Positions 9,162-19,527 of a stretch of DNA of 64,000 bases are shown in pieces. The notes beneath the pieces are model-generated. The model worked only from the letters and a program-made list of their open reading frames with translations, did no database searches and had not been told where the DNA came from. The stretch spans positions 23,038 to 87,037 of the forward strand of contig DATCTV010000002.1 of assembly GCA_036567785.1 (NCBI GenBank), in the 5' to 3' direction. Position 1 is the first letter of the stretch; every line of letters begins with the position of its first letter. Both the position numbers and the translations under genes were made by a program. Origin of the DNA: Desulfomonilia bacterium (GTDB taxonomy: Bacteria > Desulfobacterota > Desulfomonilia > UBA1062).

Positions 9162-9983
9162 ATGGGAAATGTTGTTGTAATAACAGGTCTTGCAGACGGA
9201 ATGGGAAGGCATGTCGCAAAATTGCTTGCAGAAAAGGATTACACAATAGCCGGTTTTGATATGGACGCAAAAGGAATCGAATCTCTCAAGAAAGAACTCG
9301 GCGACAAGCACTACCTTATCACGCTCGATATCACCGACAGAGCAGGCATACTTGATTTCAGGGATGAGGTACTCAAAAGATACGGCATGGTCGATACGGT
9401 ACTCTCAAATGTCGGCATCGGATTTTTCGGCCCGTTCGAAGAGGTAAGCCTTGAAAAGGCGCTTAAATGCCTCGAAATAAATGTGATAGGTGCAGCCGCA
9501 ATCTTTCAGGCGTTCATTCCCTCGATGAGAAAGCGGGGATGCGGTAAACTTATTGCAATGTCTTCCCTTGTCGGACGCATACCCTTCCCCTTTGAATCCA
9601 TTTACTCGGCAAGCAAATTTGCAGTGACCGGGATGGTGCTTTCACTGAAGCACGAAGTCGAACCTTTCGGCATTAGTGTAGGTCTTATAGAGCCCGCGCA
9701 GGTCTCCACCACGTTTGCCGCAAAGATCCATTTCCTTCCGCCTGAAGGTTCGCCTTACCGCGACCGGGTCAGGAGGTTCATCGATCGCGACAACGAATTG
9801 ATTAAAACCGCCCCTACTCCTGAATTTGCTGCAAAAAAGATAGTAAAGGTCGTAACATCTGACAAGCCGAAGATATTCAACCAGATAGACGCCGGCAGCG
9901 GGTTCCTTCAGATGCTGAACCGTTTCCTGCCGGTAAATATCAGGGATAAGATACTGGTAAGCTACATGCATATAAAAGTTTGA
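9162..9983 (+). CDS. Short-chain dehydrogenase/reductase (classical SDR)
   Basis: RBS GGGAGG, ATG at 9162. 'VVVITGLADGMGRH' is the cofactor-binding site; 'YSASKFAV' is the catalytic YxxxK. Confidence 0.75.
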   Translation: MGNVVVITGLADGMGRHVAKLLAEKDYTIAGFDMDAKGIESLKKELGDKHYLITLDITDRAGILDFRDEVLKRYGMVDTVLSNVGIGFFGPFEEVSLEKALKCLEINVIGAAAIFQAFIPSMRKRGCGKLIAMSSLVGRIPFPFESIYSASKFAVTGMVLSLKHEVEPFGISVGLIEPAQVSTTFAAKIHFLPPEGSPYRDRVRRFIDRDNELIKTAPTPEFAAKKIVKVVTSDKPKIFNQIDAGSGFLQMLNRFLPVNIRDKILVSYMHIKV

Positions 9984-10020
9984 AAAAACACTCTCACACA
10001 GATTTATTAAGGGGGACGAC

Positions 10021-12399
10021 ATGCGAAATACAAACGCGGCATTAAAACTTGAAGAAACGAGGGTCCAGAGGCTGAGAAACAGGATCATACTGGCGCCCCA
10101 GGAGGTCTGCATAGAACGGGCAAGGTATCTGACCGAATCCATGCGCAGAAACTGGGACCGCCACCCCCTTGAGCGCATCAGTCTTGCCCTTGAAAACATA
10201 CTCAGGAATATCAGCGTCATCATAAGGGAAGATGAAATCATAGTGGGGTGCCGGACAAAGAAACTCAAAGGCGCACCTTTATTCCCCGAAAACAAGTCCC
10301 GCTGGATTGAAGGCGACCTTGACGCGTTCGACCAGAGACAGTTGCAGCGAGCCCTTATCACCGAAGCCGAAAAGAACGAAATGCGTGAGAGCATCCTTCC
10401 CTTCTGGAAGGGCAGATGCGTCGAAGATGTCATGGAAAGTGTCATGCCTGAAGACGTCATGGAAGACATGGACAAATATATCTTCACAATGATGCTCGAG
10501 ATCAATTACGGGATAGGACACTTTACCATGAACCATGAAAAGGTCCTGGCAAAAGGGCTTAAAGGCATAATTGCAGAGGCCGCGGAAAAGTTTGATTCAT
10601 TGAGCCTGGATGAAAGGAAATCGGAAAAAGGGATATTCTATGAGTCCATGATACGTTCGATGAAGGCGGCTATCCTTTTTGCCAACCGCTACAGCATACT
10701 GGCAAGGGAGATGTCCGCACAAGAGACCGACAAGGAGCGTGCTGAAGAACTACGGGAAATAGCCCGTGTATGCAGCCGGGTTCCGGAAAATCCTGCGCAG
10801 ACATTCCATGAGGCCGTGCAAAGCGTATATTTCATCCATCTGATCGCGCAGATCGAATCAGGCGGCAACTCAATCTCTCTGGGACGCATCGACCAGATAC
10901 TGTATCCTTATTACATGAAGGACAAAGAGGCCGGAAATATAACGGCCCAGCGTGCTCGGGAACTCCTGTCTCTGCTATTTATTAAGACCAACGAGATATG
11001 GAATGTACTGGAAGAGGCATTCATCCCCGGAGGTGAAGGCACTGAAGGCAAGACTACTCAGAACGTGACCGTGGGCGGTATGGGCATCGACGGAAATGAC
11101 GCCACGAACGAACTCAGTATGATAGGTCTTGATGCATATGCAGACATCAGGACTGTTCAGCCGAATTTCGGGGTCAGGATATGCAGAAAAACACCGAAGC
11201 CGTTTTTCAAAAAAGCCATCGATTATGCCAGGGACGGTGTTCTCATGCATTTCTTCAATGACGAGGCCATTGTCGAGAACCTTGTCCTCGCGGGACATAC
11301 CCTTGAAGACGCCCGAAATTATGGAGTAGTCGGGTGTCTTGAGCCGAGTGCGTCCGGCAAGAATTTCGGCTCCACCTTCGCTGTGCAGTTCAACGGTGTA
11401 AAATGCGTAGAACTAGCCCTTTCCAACGGTGTAGACAATATATTCGGTTATCAATCCGGGCCCGAGACAGGAGACCCGGCACAATTCAAAAGCTTCGACG
11501 ATGTATGGAATGCATATGACACGCAGATGAACCATTTCATTAATCAGATGGTGAAAGGCATGGCCGTGCTTGACAAATCGATTGCCGAAAACGTGCCCTC
11601 TCCTTTTGCATCGGCCATGGTCGAAGGTCCGATGGACAAGGGGATCGACCTCACAAAGGGAGGCGCCGTCTATAACTCGACAGGCGTTCAGCTCATGGGT
11701 TTCGCCAATACGGCAGACAGCTTATATTCCATCAAAAAGGCTATATTCGAAGACAGGAAATATACCATCGGGCAGCTCTCGGAATGGCTTTCCACTGACT
11801 GGCAGGATGCCGAACCGAAGCGCAGCTATTTCCTGAAAAAGATCAAAAAATACGGCAACGACATCGACGAGGTGGATGAAATGGCGATCAGGGTTGCGAA
11901 TCATTTCTGCGACACGCTCAAAAAATATAAGAATTACAGGGGCGGCTCCTTCTGGCCCGGGATATTCTCGGTCGGGTTCCATATAAGCTTCGGTGCATTC
12001 TCGGCTGCTTCACCTGATGGAAGACATGCAGGCGATGTGCTCGGCAACGGCATTACCCCTACAACCGGAAACGCCGTTTCTGGACCTACCGCCATGATGA
12101 ATTCAGTGGCGAAACTCCCGCTTAAAAGAATATTCAACGGCGCGAACCTGAACATCCGTTTCCAGGGCAAAAAGATAGGCACCGAAAATCTGCTTTCTCT
12201 TGTGAGGACATATTTCAACAGGGGCGGAATGCAGGTCCAGTTCAACATGGTCGATTCCGCAACACTCAGAAAGGCGCAGAAGAACCCGGAAAAATATGCT
12301 GACCTGTTTGTCAGGGTAAGCGGCTATTCAGCTGAGTTTACGGGCCTTTCCGAAATCGCCCAGAACGAGATCATAAGCAGGACAGAATACGATCTTTAA
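10021..12399 (+). CDS. Glycyl radical enzyme (PFL2/glycerol-dehydratase-like family), GRE2
   Basis: RBS AAGGGGG, ATG at 10021. C-terminal 'RVSGYSAEF' with Gly codon at 12322-12324. Active-site 'VGCLEPSASG' with Cys codon at 11335-11337 and Glu at +2. The N-terminus 'VCIERARYLTES' is paralogous to GRE1 'ICIERARYYTES'. Length 792 aa. Confidence 0.85.
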   Translation: MRNTNAALKLEETRVQRLRNRIILAPQEVCIERARYLTESMRRNWDRHPLERISLALENILRNISVIIREDEIIVGCRTKKLKGAPLFPENKSRWIEGDLDAFDQRQLQRALITEAEKNEMRESILPFWKGRCVEDVMESVMPEDVMEDMDKYIFTMMLEINYGIGHFTMNHEKVLAKGLKGIIAEAAEKFDSLSLDERKSEKGIFYESMIRSMKAAILFANRYSILAREMSAQETDKERAEELREIARVCSRVPENPAQTFHEAVQSVYFIHLIAQIESGGNSISLGRIDQILYPYYMKDKEAGNITAQRARELLSLLFIKTNEIWNVLEEAFIPGGEGTEGKTTQNVTVGGMGIDGNDATNELSMIGLDAYADIRTVQPNFGVRICRKTPKPFFKKAIDYARDGVLMHFFNDEAIVENLVLAGHTLEDARNYGVVGCLEPSASGKNFGSTFAVQFNGVKCVELALSNGVDNIFGYQSGPETGDPAQFKSFDDVWNAYDTQMNHFINQMVKGMAVLDKSIAENVPSPFASAMVEGPMDKGIDLTKGGAVYNSTGVQLMGFANTADSLYSIKKAIFEDRKYTIGQLSEWLSTDWQDAEPKRSYFLKKIKKYGNDIDEVDEMAIRVANHFCDTLKKYKNYRGGSFWPGIFSVGFHISFGAFSAASPDGRHAGDVLGNGITPTTGNAVSGPTAMMNSVAKLPLKRIFNGANLNIRFQGKKIGTENLLSLVRTYFNRGGMQVQFNMVDSATLRKAQKNPEKYADLFVRVSGYSAEFTGLSEIAQNEIISRTEYDL

Positions 12400-12417
12400 A
12401 TCAACCGGAGTAAAATT

Positions 12418-13353
12418 ATGAGCAAGGTAATGACCATAAAGGACGCCGTCGAGAAAAATATAAATAACGGCGATTTTCTTTTCATAGGGGGCTACGTATG
12501 CAGGCCTCCTTTCTCTGCAGTCCATGAAATAATCCGGCAGCATAAAACAGATTTGACGATTGCCCGAAGCAACGCCGCCGATGACTTTGACATGCTGATA
12601 GGCGCCGGCTGCGTCAAGAGGTTCATATCGACGTTCATCTCGTTAGGGCTTTACGGGCTGGCCAGATGCTACAGGCGCTCGATAGAAAAAGGCATCCCGA
12701 ACAAGATTGAACTCGAGGAATACACGAATCTCTCTCTTCCCATGATGTTCATGGCCGGAGCAATGGGCATGCCGTTCGTTCCTGTGAAGGACATGGTGGG
12801 AACCGATATGATGAAGATAAGATCTTTCATGGGCGAAAACAAATACAGGATGATAGATTCGCCTTTTGACGGAAAACCTGTCATGCTTGTCCCTGCGCTT
12901 AATCCCGATGTCGCGATAATCCATGTCCAGCAGGCCGATGAAAACGGCAACGCACAGATGTGGGGCATAGGCGGCGATTGCAAATGGGGGGCGAATGCGG
13001 CAAAAAAGGTCATAGTAACCTGTGAGAGGATTATCAGCCGTGAAACCATCGGCAAAGACCCGTCAAGGACAATAGTCCCCGCATTCAAGGTAGCAGCGGT
13101 CTGTGAGGAGCCGTTCGGCGCACACCCCGGTTATACGCCGGGATTCTATGACGTGGACTTCTCATTCGGCTATGTCTATCAGCAGGCAACAAACACCGTC
13201 GAAGGTTTTCAGTCATTCCTTGACGAATGGGTTTTTGGTGTCAAGGACAGAAACGAGTATATCCAGCATTATATCAACAGGTTCGGTTTCGCCCAGTATA
13301 AAAAGCTTCAGGCCAGATTCGATTACGGTTATCCCGTAAGTTATTCGTATTAG
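12418..13353 (+). CDS. Family-I CoA-transferase subunit A (glutaconate CoA-transferase GctA-like)
   Basis: ATG at 12418 after GGAG. Length and sequence fit the 3-oxoacid/glutaconate CoA-transferase alpha subunit ('FIGGYVCRPPFSAVHEIIRQ', 'VPALNPDVAIIHVQQADENGN'). Confidence 0.7.
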   Translation: MSKVMTIKDAVEKNINNGDFLFIGGYVCRPPFSAVHEIIRQHKTDLTIARSNAADDFDMLIGAGCVKRFISTFISLGLYGLARCYRRSIEKGIPNKIELEEYTNLSLPMMFMAGAMGMPFVPVKDMVGTDMMKIRSFMGENKYRMIDSPFDGKPVMLVPALNPDVAIIHVQQADENGNAQMWGIGGDCKWGANAAKKVIVTCERIISRETIGKDPSRTIVPAFKVAAVCEEPFGAHPGYTPGFYDVDFSFGYVYQQATNTVEGFQSFLDEWVFGVKDRNEYIQHYINRFGFAQYKKLQARFDYGYPVSYSY

Positions 13354-13364
13354 GAGAATGAATT

Positions 13365-14165
13365 ATGAGTGAACATCCGAATGATTATATAAAGCCTGAA
13401 CTCATGGCATGCTGTGGAGCACGTCATATCAGGGACAATGATGTGGTTATAGTCGGCACCGGATTTCCGACGATGGCCGCCAATATTGCAAAACACACGC
13501 ATGCGCCCAATGCAACCATGATGCAGGAATCAGGTGTTTTTGATGCACGCCCGGCAAGGCCAGCGCTTTCAGTCGGCGACCCGTGTCTCAATCCCGGGGC
13601 TGCAATGGTTGGGGGGCTTATCGAAGTGATGGGCATGTTCCTCCAGGGCGGATGGGTTGACTGCGGATTTCTTTCAGGGGCACAGGTGGACAAGTTCGGC
13701 AACATCAATACCACGGTAATCGGCGACTATAATAAACCCAAAAGCAGGCTTCCCGGTTCAGGAGGAGCCAATCCGATAGGAGCGCTTGCGAAAAGGGTCC
13801 TTATCATTGCACTTCATGATAAAAGAAGCCTTGCCGAACGCGTTGATTTCATAACGACACCAGGCTATCTGGATGGTCCCGGGGCACGCGAGAAATGGGG
13901 GCTGCCTCCTGACACAGGTCCCGAGGTCATAGTCACGAACAAGGCCGTGATGCATTTCGATAAAGACACAAAAGAGGCGTACCTTACGAGCTGGCATCCG
14001 GACACAAACATCGACGAGGTTGTAAGCCTCACTCCATGGAAGCTCAAGGTGTCGGATGACGCACACGAAACCGAGCCGCCCACGGCTGAAGAGCTGAGGG
14101 TTCTTAGGGAGGTCCTCGATCCGTTTCGAATGATCAAGATATATGAAAAACGAGGCTACATCTGA
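13365..14165 (+). CDS. Family-I CoA-transferase subunit B (GctB-like)
   Basis: RBS TAGGAG, ATG at 13365. 'SGAQVDKFGNINTTVIG...GSGGANPIG' is the beta-subunit signature region of the two-subunit CoA-transferases. Confidence 0.7.
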   Translation: MSEHPNDYIKPELMACCGARHIRDNDVVIVGTGFPTMAANIAKHTHAPNATMMQESGVFDARPARPALSVGDPCLNPGAAMVGGLIEVMGMFLQGGWVDCGFLSGAQVDKFGNINTTVIGDYNKPKSRLPGSGGANPIGALAKRVLIIALHDKRSLAERVDFITTPGYLDGPGAREKWGLPPDTGPEVIVTNKAVMHFDKDTKEAYLTSWHPDTNIDEVVSLTPWKLKVSDDAHETEPPTAEELRVLREVLDPFRMIKIYEKRGYI

Positions 14166-14337
14166 TGCGAATCTCTGGAACTTTGCATTTCATTGTCGCT
14201 CCTAGTCTCGTCATTGCAGCGTACGTCATGTACGCCTCATTCCTCGACTTCGTCGCTCCTCGAAATGCTTTGTTCCAAAGCTCCGCACATTTTAATAATA
14301 AAACAAGTCTTTAGCTGAATGTTTATGGGAGGGGAAA

Positions 14338-15705
14338 ATGAATGAGACAAGGATTCTTGCTGATTTCTGTTATGAGCTCAAACTTAAGGATGTCCCTGAA
14401 GAAATCGTGCATAAGGCCAAGTTATGCCTTCTGGATTATGTCGCAAACATCTACGGCTCTCTTGAACTCGATGCCGTCAAATCGGTGGTAACGTATATGC
14501 GTTCGCTGGGATGCGACGGCCCTGCTTCAGCGCTCGGATGCGGGTTTAAAACATCCATACCCGGCGCCGCTTTCATCAACGGAACGACTGCGGAGGCCAT
14601 AGAGGCGCAGGACGGCCTGAGGTTCGGGGGTAACCACCCCGTATGCGCGGTCATGCCAGCTGCATTCGCTCTCGGAGAGACGAACAATTCATCAGGCACC
14701 CAACTTCTGGAAGCAATCATCGTGGGTTACGAGGCGGCCGACCGTGCAGCAGCGTCCATGCACCCGTATCATACACTTTCGGGATTCCTACCCACGGGCA
14801 CCTGCGGGACGTTCGGCGCGGCCGCTGCTGCGGCTAAGCTTTTGAAGCTCGATCAGGCAGGTATGCTAAATGCATTGGGCAATGCCGGTTACCTTCTTCC
14901 CATTTCCATGGCCGAACAGCTCATGGGGGGATATACGATAAAGATTGTACAGGGAGGACAGGCGGCCAGCGCAGGCATCACGGCGGCAGGACTAGCAGCA
15001 CAAGGTATCACAGGATGCCCCGAGGTACTTGAAGGGTCGTCATTGAAAGGCGGTTTCACTCAGATAACATCCAAGGTCGACCCGAAACCGGAACGCATAA
15101 CCGAAAGGCTCGGCGAACATTTCACCATTGAAGATCTTTACTTCAAACCGTTTACCGCCTGCCGCCATACGCACGGTGCCGCACAGGCTACACTCGGACT
15201 TTTGAGGGACAACAGGTTCTCCGCCGACGAAGTCGAAAGAGTTGACGTCTCCACATACGGCATGGCTGAAGTGGCGGTCGGCAAGGGCATGCCTGAAAAC
15301 GGCACGATTGTGTCCGCCCAGTTCTCCATTCCCTATGTCGTTGCAGCCTGCCTGATCGACAATGAACTCGGTCCGCTGCAGCTCACGGAAAAGCGCATCA
15401 CCGGTTCAGACGTGCTTGCACTGTCAAAAAAGGTATTTGTCAAGGCCGATGACGAGCTTAATAAAATCTATCCGGACAAGACCTCCAGCAGGGTAGAGAT
15501 AACCCTTAAAAGCGGAGAAAAGTTATCGAAGCAGGTCGATATTCCCAAAGGGGATCCCAGAGACCCCATGGATCAAAACGACCTTGTTGAAAAGATCAGG
15601 AGGTTTGCAGGCAATCGATTCGAATCGAGGATAGACAAGGTCTCATCCATGATAATGGATATTGAGAATCTGAAAGACATAAAGGCCCTTGCAGAGGCCA
15701 TATAA
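14338..15705 (+). CDS. MmgE/PrpD-family protein (2-methylcitrate dehydratase / cis-aconitate decarboxylase superfamily)
   Basis: RBS GGGAGGGG, ATG at 14338. Length 455 aa. The N-terminal 'ILADFCYELKLKDVPEEIVHKAKLCLLDYVAN' is MmgE/PrpD-typical. Confidence 0.75.
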   Translation: MNETRILADFCYELKLKDVPEEIVHKAKLCLLDYVANIYGSLELDAVKSVVTYMRSLGCDGPASALGCGFKTSIPGAAFINGTTAEAIEAQDGLRFGGNHPVCAVMPAAFALGETNNSSGTQLLEAIIVGYEAADRAAASMHPYHTLSGFLPTGTCGTFGAAAAAAKLLKLDQAGMLNALGNAGYLLPISMAEQLMGGYTIKIVQGGQAASAGITAAGLAAQGITGCPEVLEGSSLKGGFTQITSKVDPKPERITERLGEHFTIEDLYFKPFTACRHTHGAAQATLGLLRDNRFSADEVERVDVSTYGMAEVAVGKGMPENGTIVSAQFSIPYVVAACLIDNELGPLQLTEKRITGSDVLALSKKVFVKADDELNKIYPDKTSSRVEITLKSGEKLSKQVDIPKGDPRDPMDQNDLVEKIRRFAGNRFESRIDKVSSMIMDIENLKDIKALAEAI

Positions 15706-15721
15706 TAAAAACAAGGAGTAC

Positions 15722-16891
15722 ATGATGGATTTCAACCTTAACGACGAACAGAGGATGCTCATTCAGACACTTCGAACAATGGGGGAACGCGAAAAATTCA
15801 GAGACCTTGCCAAGCACATAGATGCAACCGGCGAGTTTCCTTATCACCTGATGCCGAAATATGCAGAGATGGGGCTTCTAGGCATGACTCTGTCCACTGA
15901 ATACGGAGGCGGCGGACAGCCTGGAATCAACGCAATTCTCGCCATAGAGGAACTGGCGAAATTCTCCCCCATGATAGCTGCGCCCGTATTCGAATCCAAT
16001 GTAGGCCCTGTGAGGGTAATAGACATATTCGGTACTGAAGAGCAGAAGCGCTCCATCATTCCCGATGTATGCAGGGGAGAGAAGAGCGTTTCGGTATGCA
16101 TGACCGAACCTGCGGTCGGTTCCGACCTGACCGCGCTGGGAACAACTGTCGTTGAAGACGGCGACGACTATATCCTGAATGGCCGCAAGACATTCATTAC
16201 AGGAGGCGGACATGCCAGCCATTACATGGTGTACACCAGGTTCGGAGACGTAAAGGGATATAAGGGAATAGGAGGAATCATCGTCGAGAAAGGCATGCCG
16301 GGCTTCACATTCGGCAAGCAGGAAGAATTCATGGGCCTAAGGGGTATGCCTTCTTGCGACCTCATCTTCGAAGACGTAAGGGTGCCAAAGAAAAACGTCG
16401 TTATCGGCCAGGGCGACTTTACCAAACTCATGACCACATTCGATATAGAACGCTGCGGCAACTCCGCAATGTGCCTGGGCGTAGCCGCAGGCGCCCTGGA
16501 AGAGGCCAAAAACTATGCAATGCAGCGTAACGCCTTCGGACGTCCGATCTGCGAATTCCAGGCCATCCAGTTCATGACGGTCGATATGGCCATGAAGCTC
16601 GATGCGGCAAGGCTGCTTGTATATCGCGCAGCGTGCGGCGCTGGACAGGGTCTTCCTTCCGTTTACGAGGCCTCGATGGGCAAGTGCTTTGCCAACGAGA
16701 TGGTTATAGAGGTGACGAACACGGCCATGCAGATTCTGGGAGGCTACGGATACAGCAAAGAATTCCCGGTCGAAAGGATGCTCAGGGACGGCCGGGCATG
16801 GTGCGTTGCAGGGGGTACGGTGCAGATGCTCCGCATCACATTGGCTTCTTTCCTTTACGGCAGACGCTTCGACCAGAGAAAAGGGAAATAA
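15722..16891 (+). CDS. Acyl-CoA dehydrogenase (classical, about 389 aa)
   Basis: AGGAG at 15714-15718; ATG at 15722 or 15725. Motifs 'CMTEPAVGSD' and 'QILGGYGYSKEFPVERMLRDGRA' are ACAD-typical. The C-terminal region includes the catalytic glutamate. Confidence 0.8.
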   Translation: MMDFNLNDEQRMLIQTLRTMGEREKFRDLAKHIDATGEFPYHLMPKYAEMGLLGMTLSTEYGGGGQPGINAILAIEELAKFSPMIAAPVFESNVGPVRVIDIFGTEEQKRSIIPDVCRGEKSVSVCMTEPAVGSDLTALGTTVVEDGDDYILNGRKTFITGGGHASHYMVYTRFGDVKGYKGIGGIIVEKGMPGFTFGKQEEFMGLRGMPSCDLIFEDVRVPKKNVVIGQGDFTKLMTTFDIERCGNSAMCLGVAAGALEEAKNYAMQRNAFGRPICEFQAIQFMTVDMAMKLDAARLLVYRAACGAGQGLPSVYEASMGKCFANEMVIEVTNTAMQILGGYGYSKEFPVERMLRDGRAWCVAGGTVQMLRITLASFLYGRRFDQRKGK

Positions 16892-16894
16892 ATA

Positions 16895-17042
16895 AGTGGT
16901 GAGTTAAGAGTGGTGAGAAACAAATCAAAAAAGATTTCCTTATTTATGCTGGATTCCAAATGACATGCAGAGCCGTAGTCATTTAGATTGAAGCGAGAAA
17001 TCTTTTTTCTTGGCTTTTTCTCACCACTCACTGCCCACCACT
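16895..17042. repeat. MITE-like / long structured-RNA-like nested inverted repeat in intergenic region
   Basis: Outer arms 'AGTGGTGAGttaagAGTGGTGAGAAA' (16895-16920) and 'TTTCTCACCACTcactgcCCACCACT' (17017-17042). Inner arms 'aaaaaagatttcc' (about 16928-16940) and 'gaaatctttttt' (about 16996-17008). About 100 bp lies between the outer arms. Confidence 0.4.
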
Positions 17043-17072
17043 CATAACCAATAATTTTTGGGGAGGATTTAA

Positions 17073-17510
17073 ATGAGCCAGTATTATAAGGACATTGACG
17101 ATCTTTACAGGATTTACGGGTACTTTCTGGACAGGATTCTGAGGGACGAGAAAATCGGCCCCAAGATGTCAAAGGCGGGTATCATAATCAAATTCATCTA
17201 TACCGAGCCTGACGGAGAGATAACGATCGATCTGAAAAACCCGCCGAATAAGCCCGGCCTTTATGGAAGCTTCTATATGGGACCGTGCAGTCTGAAGGAG
17301 GATGTCTGGTCAAAGCAGACGGCGGATCATTCGCACCGTTTCTGGCACGGAATCGAAAACCCGATCGCATCGGTCGCAAAAGGAAAGGTAAGACAGGGCG
17401 GCAAGGTCACCGCAATGCTCAAACTGCTCCCGGTTGTAAGACCTGCATTCAAGATGTTCCCGGTAGCCCTTAAAGAGATGGGGCTCGAGCACCTTATTGT
17501 TACAAAATAA
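17073..17510 (+). CDS. Small protein, possibly SCP2-like lipid/sterol-carrier fold
   Basis: RBS GGGGAGG at 17060-17066, ATG at 17073. Length 145 aa. The C-terminal 'GKVTAMLKLLPVVRPAFKMF' is weakly SCP2-like. Call tentative. Confidence 0.4.
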   Translation: MSQYYKDIDDLYRIYGYFLDRILRDEKIGPKMSKAGIIIKFIYTEPDGEITIDLKNPPNKPGLYGSFYMGPCSLKEDVWSKQTADHSHRFWHGIENPIASVAKGKVRQGGKVTAMLKLLPVVRPAFKMFPVALKEMGLEHLIVTK

Positions 17511-17517
17511 ATAAAAT

Positions 17518-17541
17518 CCCCCGGGAAATAATTTCCGGGGG
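17518..17541 (+). terminator. Putative intrinsic terminator hairpin
   Basis: CCCCCGGGAAAT-a-ATTTCCGGGGG near-perfect palindrome 8 nt after the TAA at 17508-17510. The trailing sequence is only moderately U-rich. Confidence 0.5.
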
Positions 17542-17635
17542 CAACTCAATTATTTCTCACGGCTTGACAGCCGGAGCTTGAAGAAATCCTTGTCATTCCT
17601 CTTGTAAACGCCATGAGCTTTTGCTAAGAGGTTAA

Positions 17636-18711
<1,076 letters not shown>

Positions 18712-18712
<1 letters not shown>

Positions 18713-19527
18713 TGAAGGACCACGGGCGGATAGTAATCTATATTGCCACAGCCGTTATCGTAATTCTTCTCATATCGTCAGGACATGTAAGAAATACCCT
18801 GTACGGCCTTCCCGGAGTGAGGGAAGGTTTTTACTGGATTCAGGGTGCAGTCAAAGCCCCGTTTGTCTTTACATCCGGGATTTTCAATAATTATCTAAAT
18901 CTTGTGGGTACGAAAAAGGAAAATGCGGCGCTTAAAAAAAAGATTGCCTTGATATCTGCTCAGGAAATGGTTTCACGTGATATCAGAAACGAGAATGACA
19001 GGCTGAGAAGGCTGCTTGACCTTAAGCAGGCATGGCCTTATGTGGAACTTAACGGGGCCGAGATTATAGCCCAGGACATATCACTCATGTACAAAACGGT
19101 TATCCTGGATAAAGGCTCAAAAAAAGGCTTTCATGTGGATATGCCGGTAATTGTTCCACAGGGACTGGTCGGCAGGGTAATTTCGGTTTCTGCCGACACG
19201 TCACAGGTTTTGCTCATAACCGATGTCAACAGCGCCGTACCGGCGATAGTTGAAAACAGCAGGATAAAAGGTATTATAAAAGGTCTTGGGAACGGCAAGC
19301 TTAGCTTCGATTATGTCAGAAGCGATGAAGAGATAAAGATCGGGGACAGGATAATTACATCGGGACTGCTGGAAATTTTCCCCAAAGGGCTGCTTATAGG
19401 CACCGTAAGGTCGATAAAGAGACTTGAATATAAAATGTTCGCAGAGATTATCGTCGAGCCCTTTGTAAGATTCGACACGACCGAGGAGGTATTCGGAGTT
19501 GGAAGGGTTCTGGAAAAAAAGCGCTAG
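18712..19527 (+). CDS. mreC: Rod-shape-determining protein MreC
   Basis: ATG at 18712 overlaps the mreB TGA (TGATG). N-terminal TM helix, coiled-coil, and C-terminal beta domain ('PQGLVGRVISVSADTSQVLLITD'). Confidence 0.8.

Noticed and set aside
17561-17592. TTGACA at 17564-17569 as the mreB promoter -35
   Set aside because: No acceptable -10 hexamer sits 16-19 nt downstream, so the promoter call is not supported.
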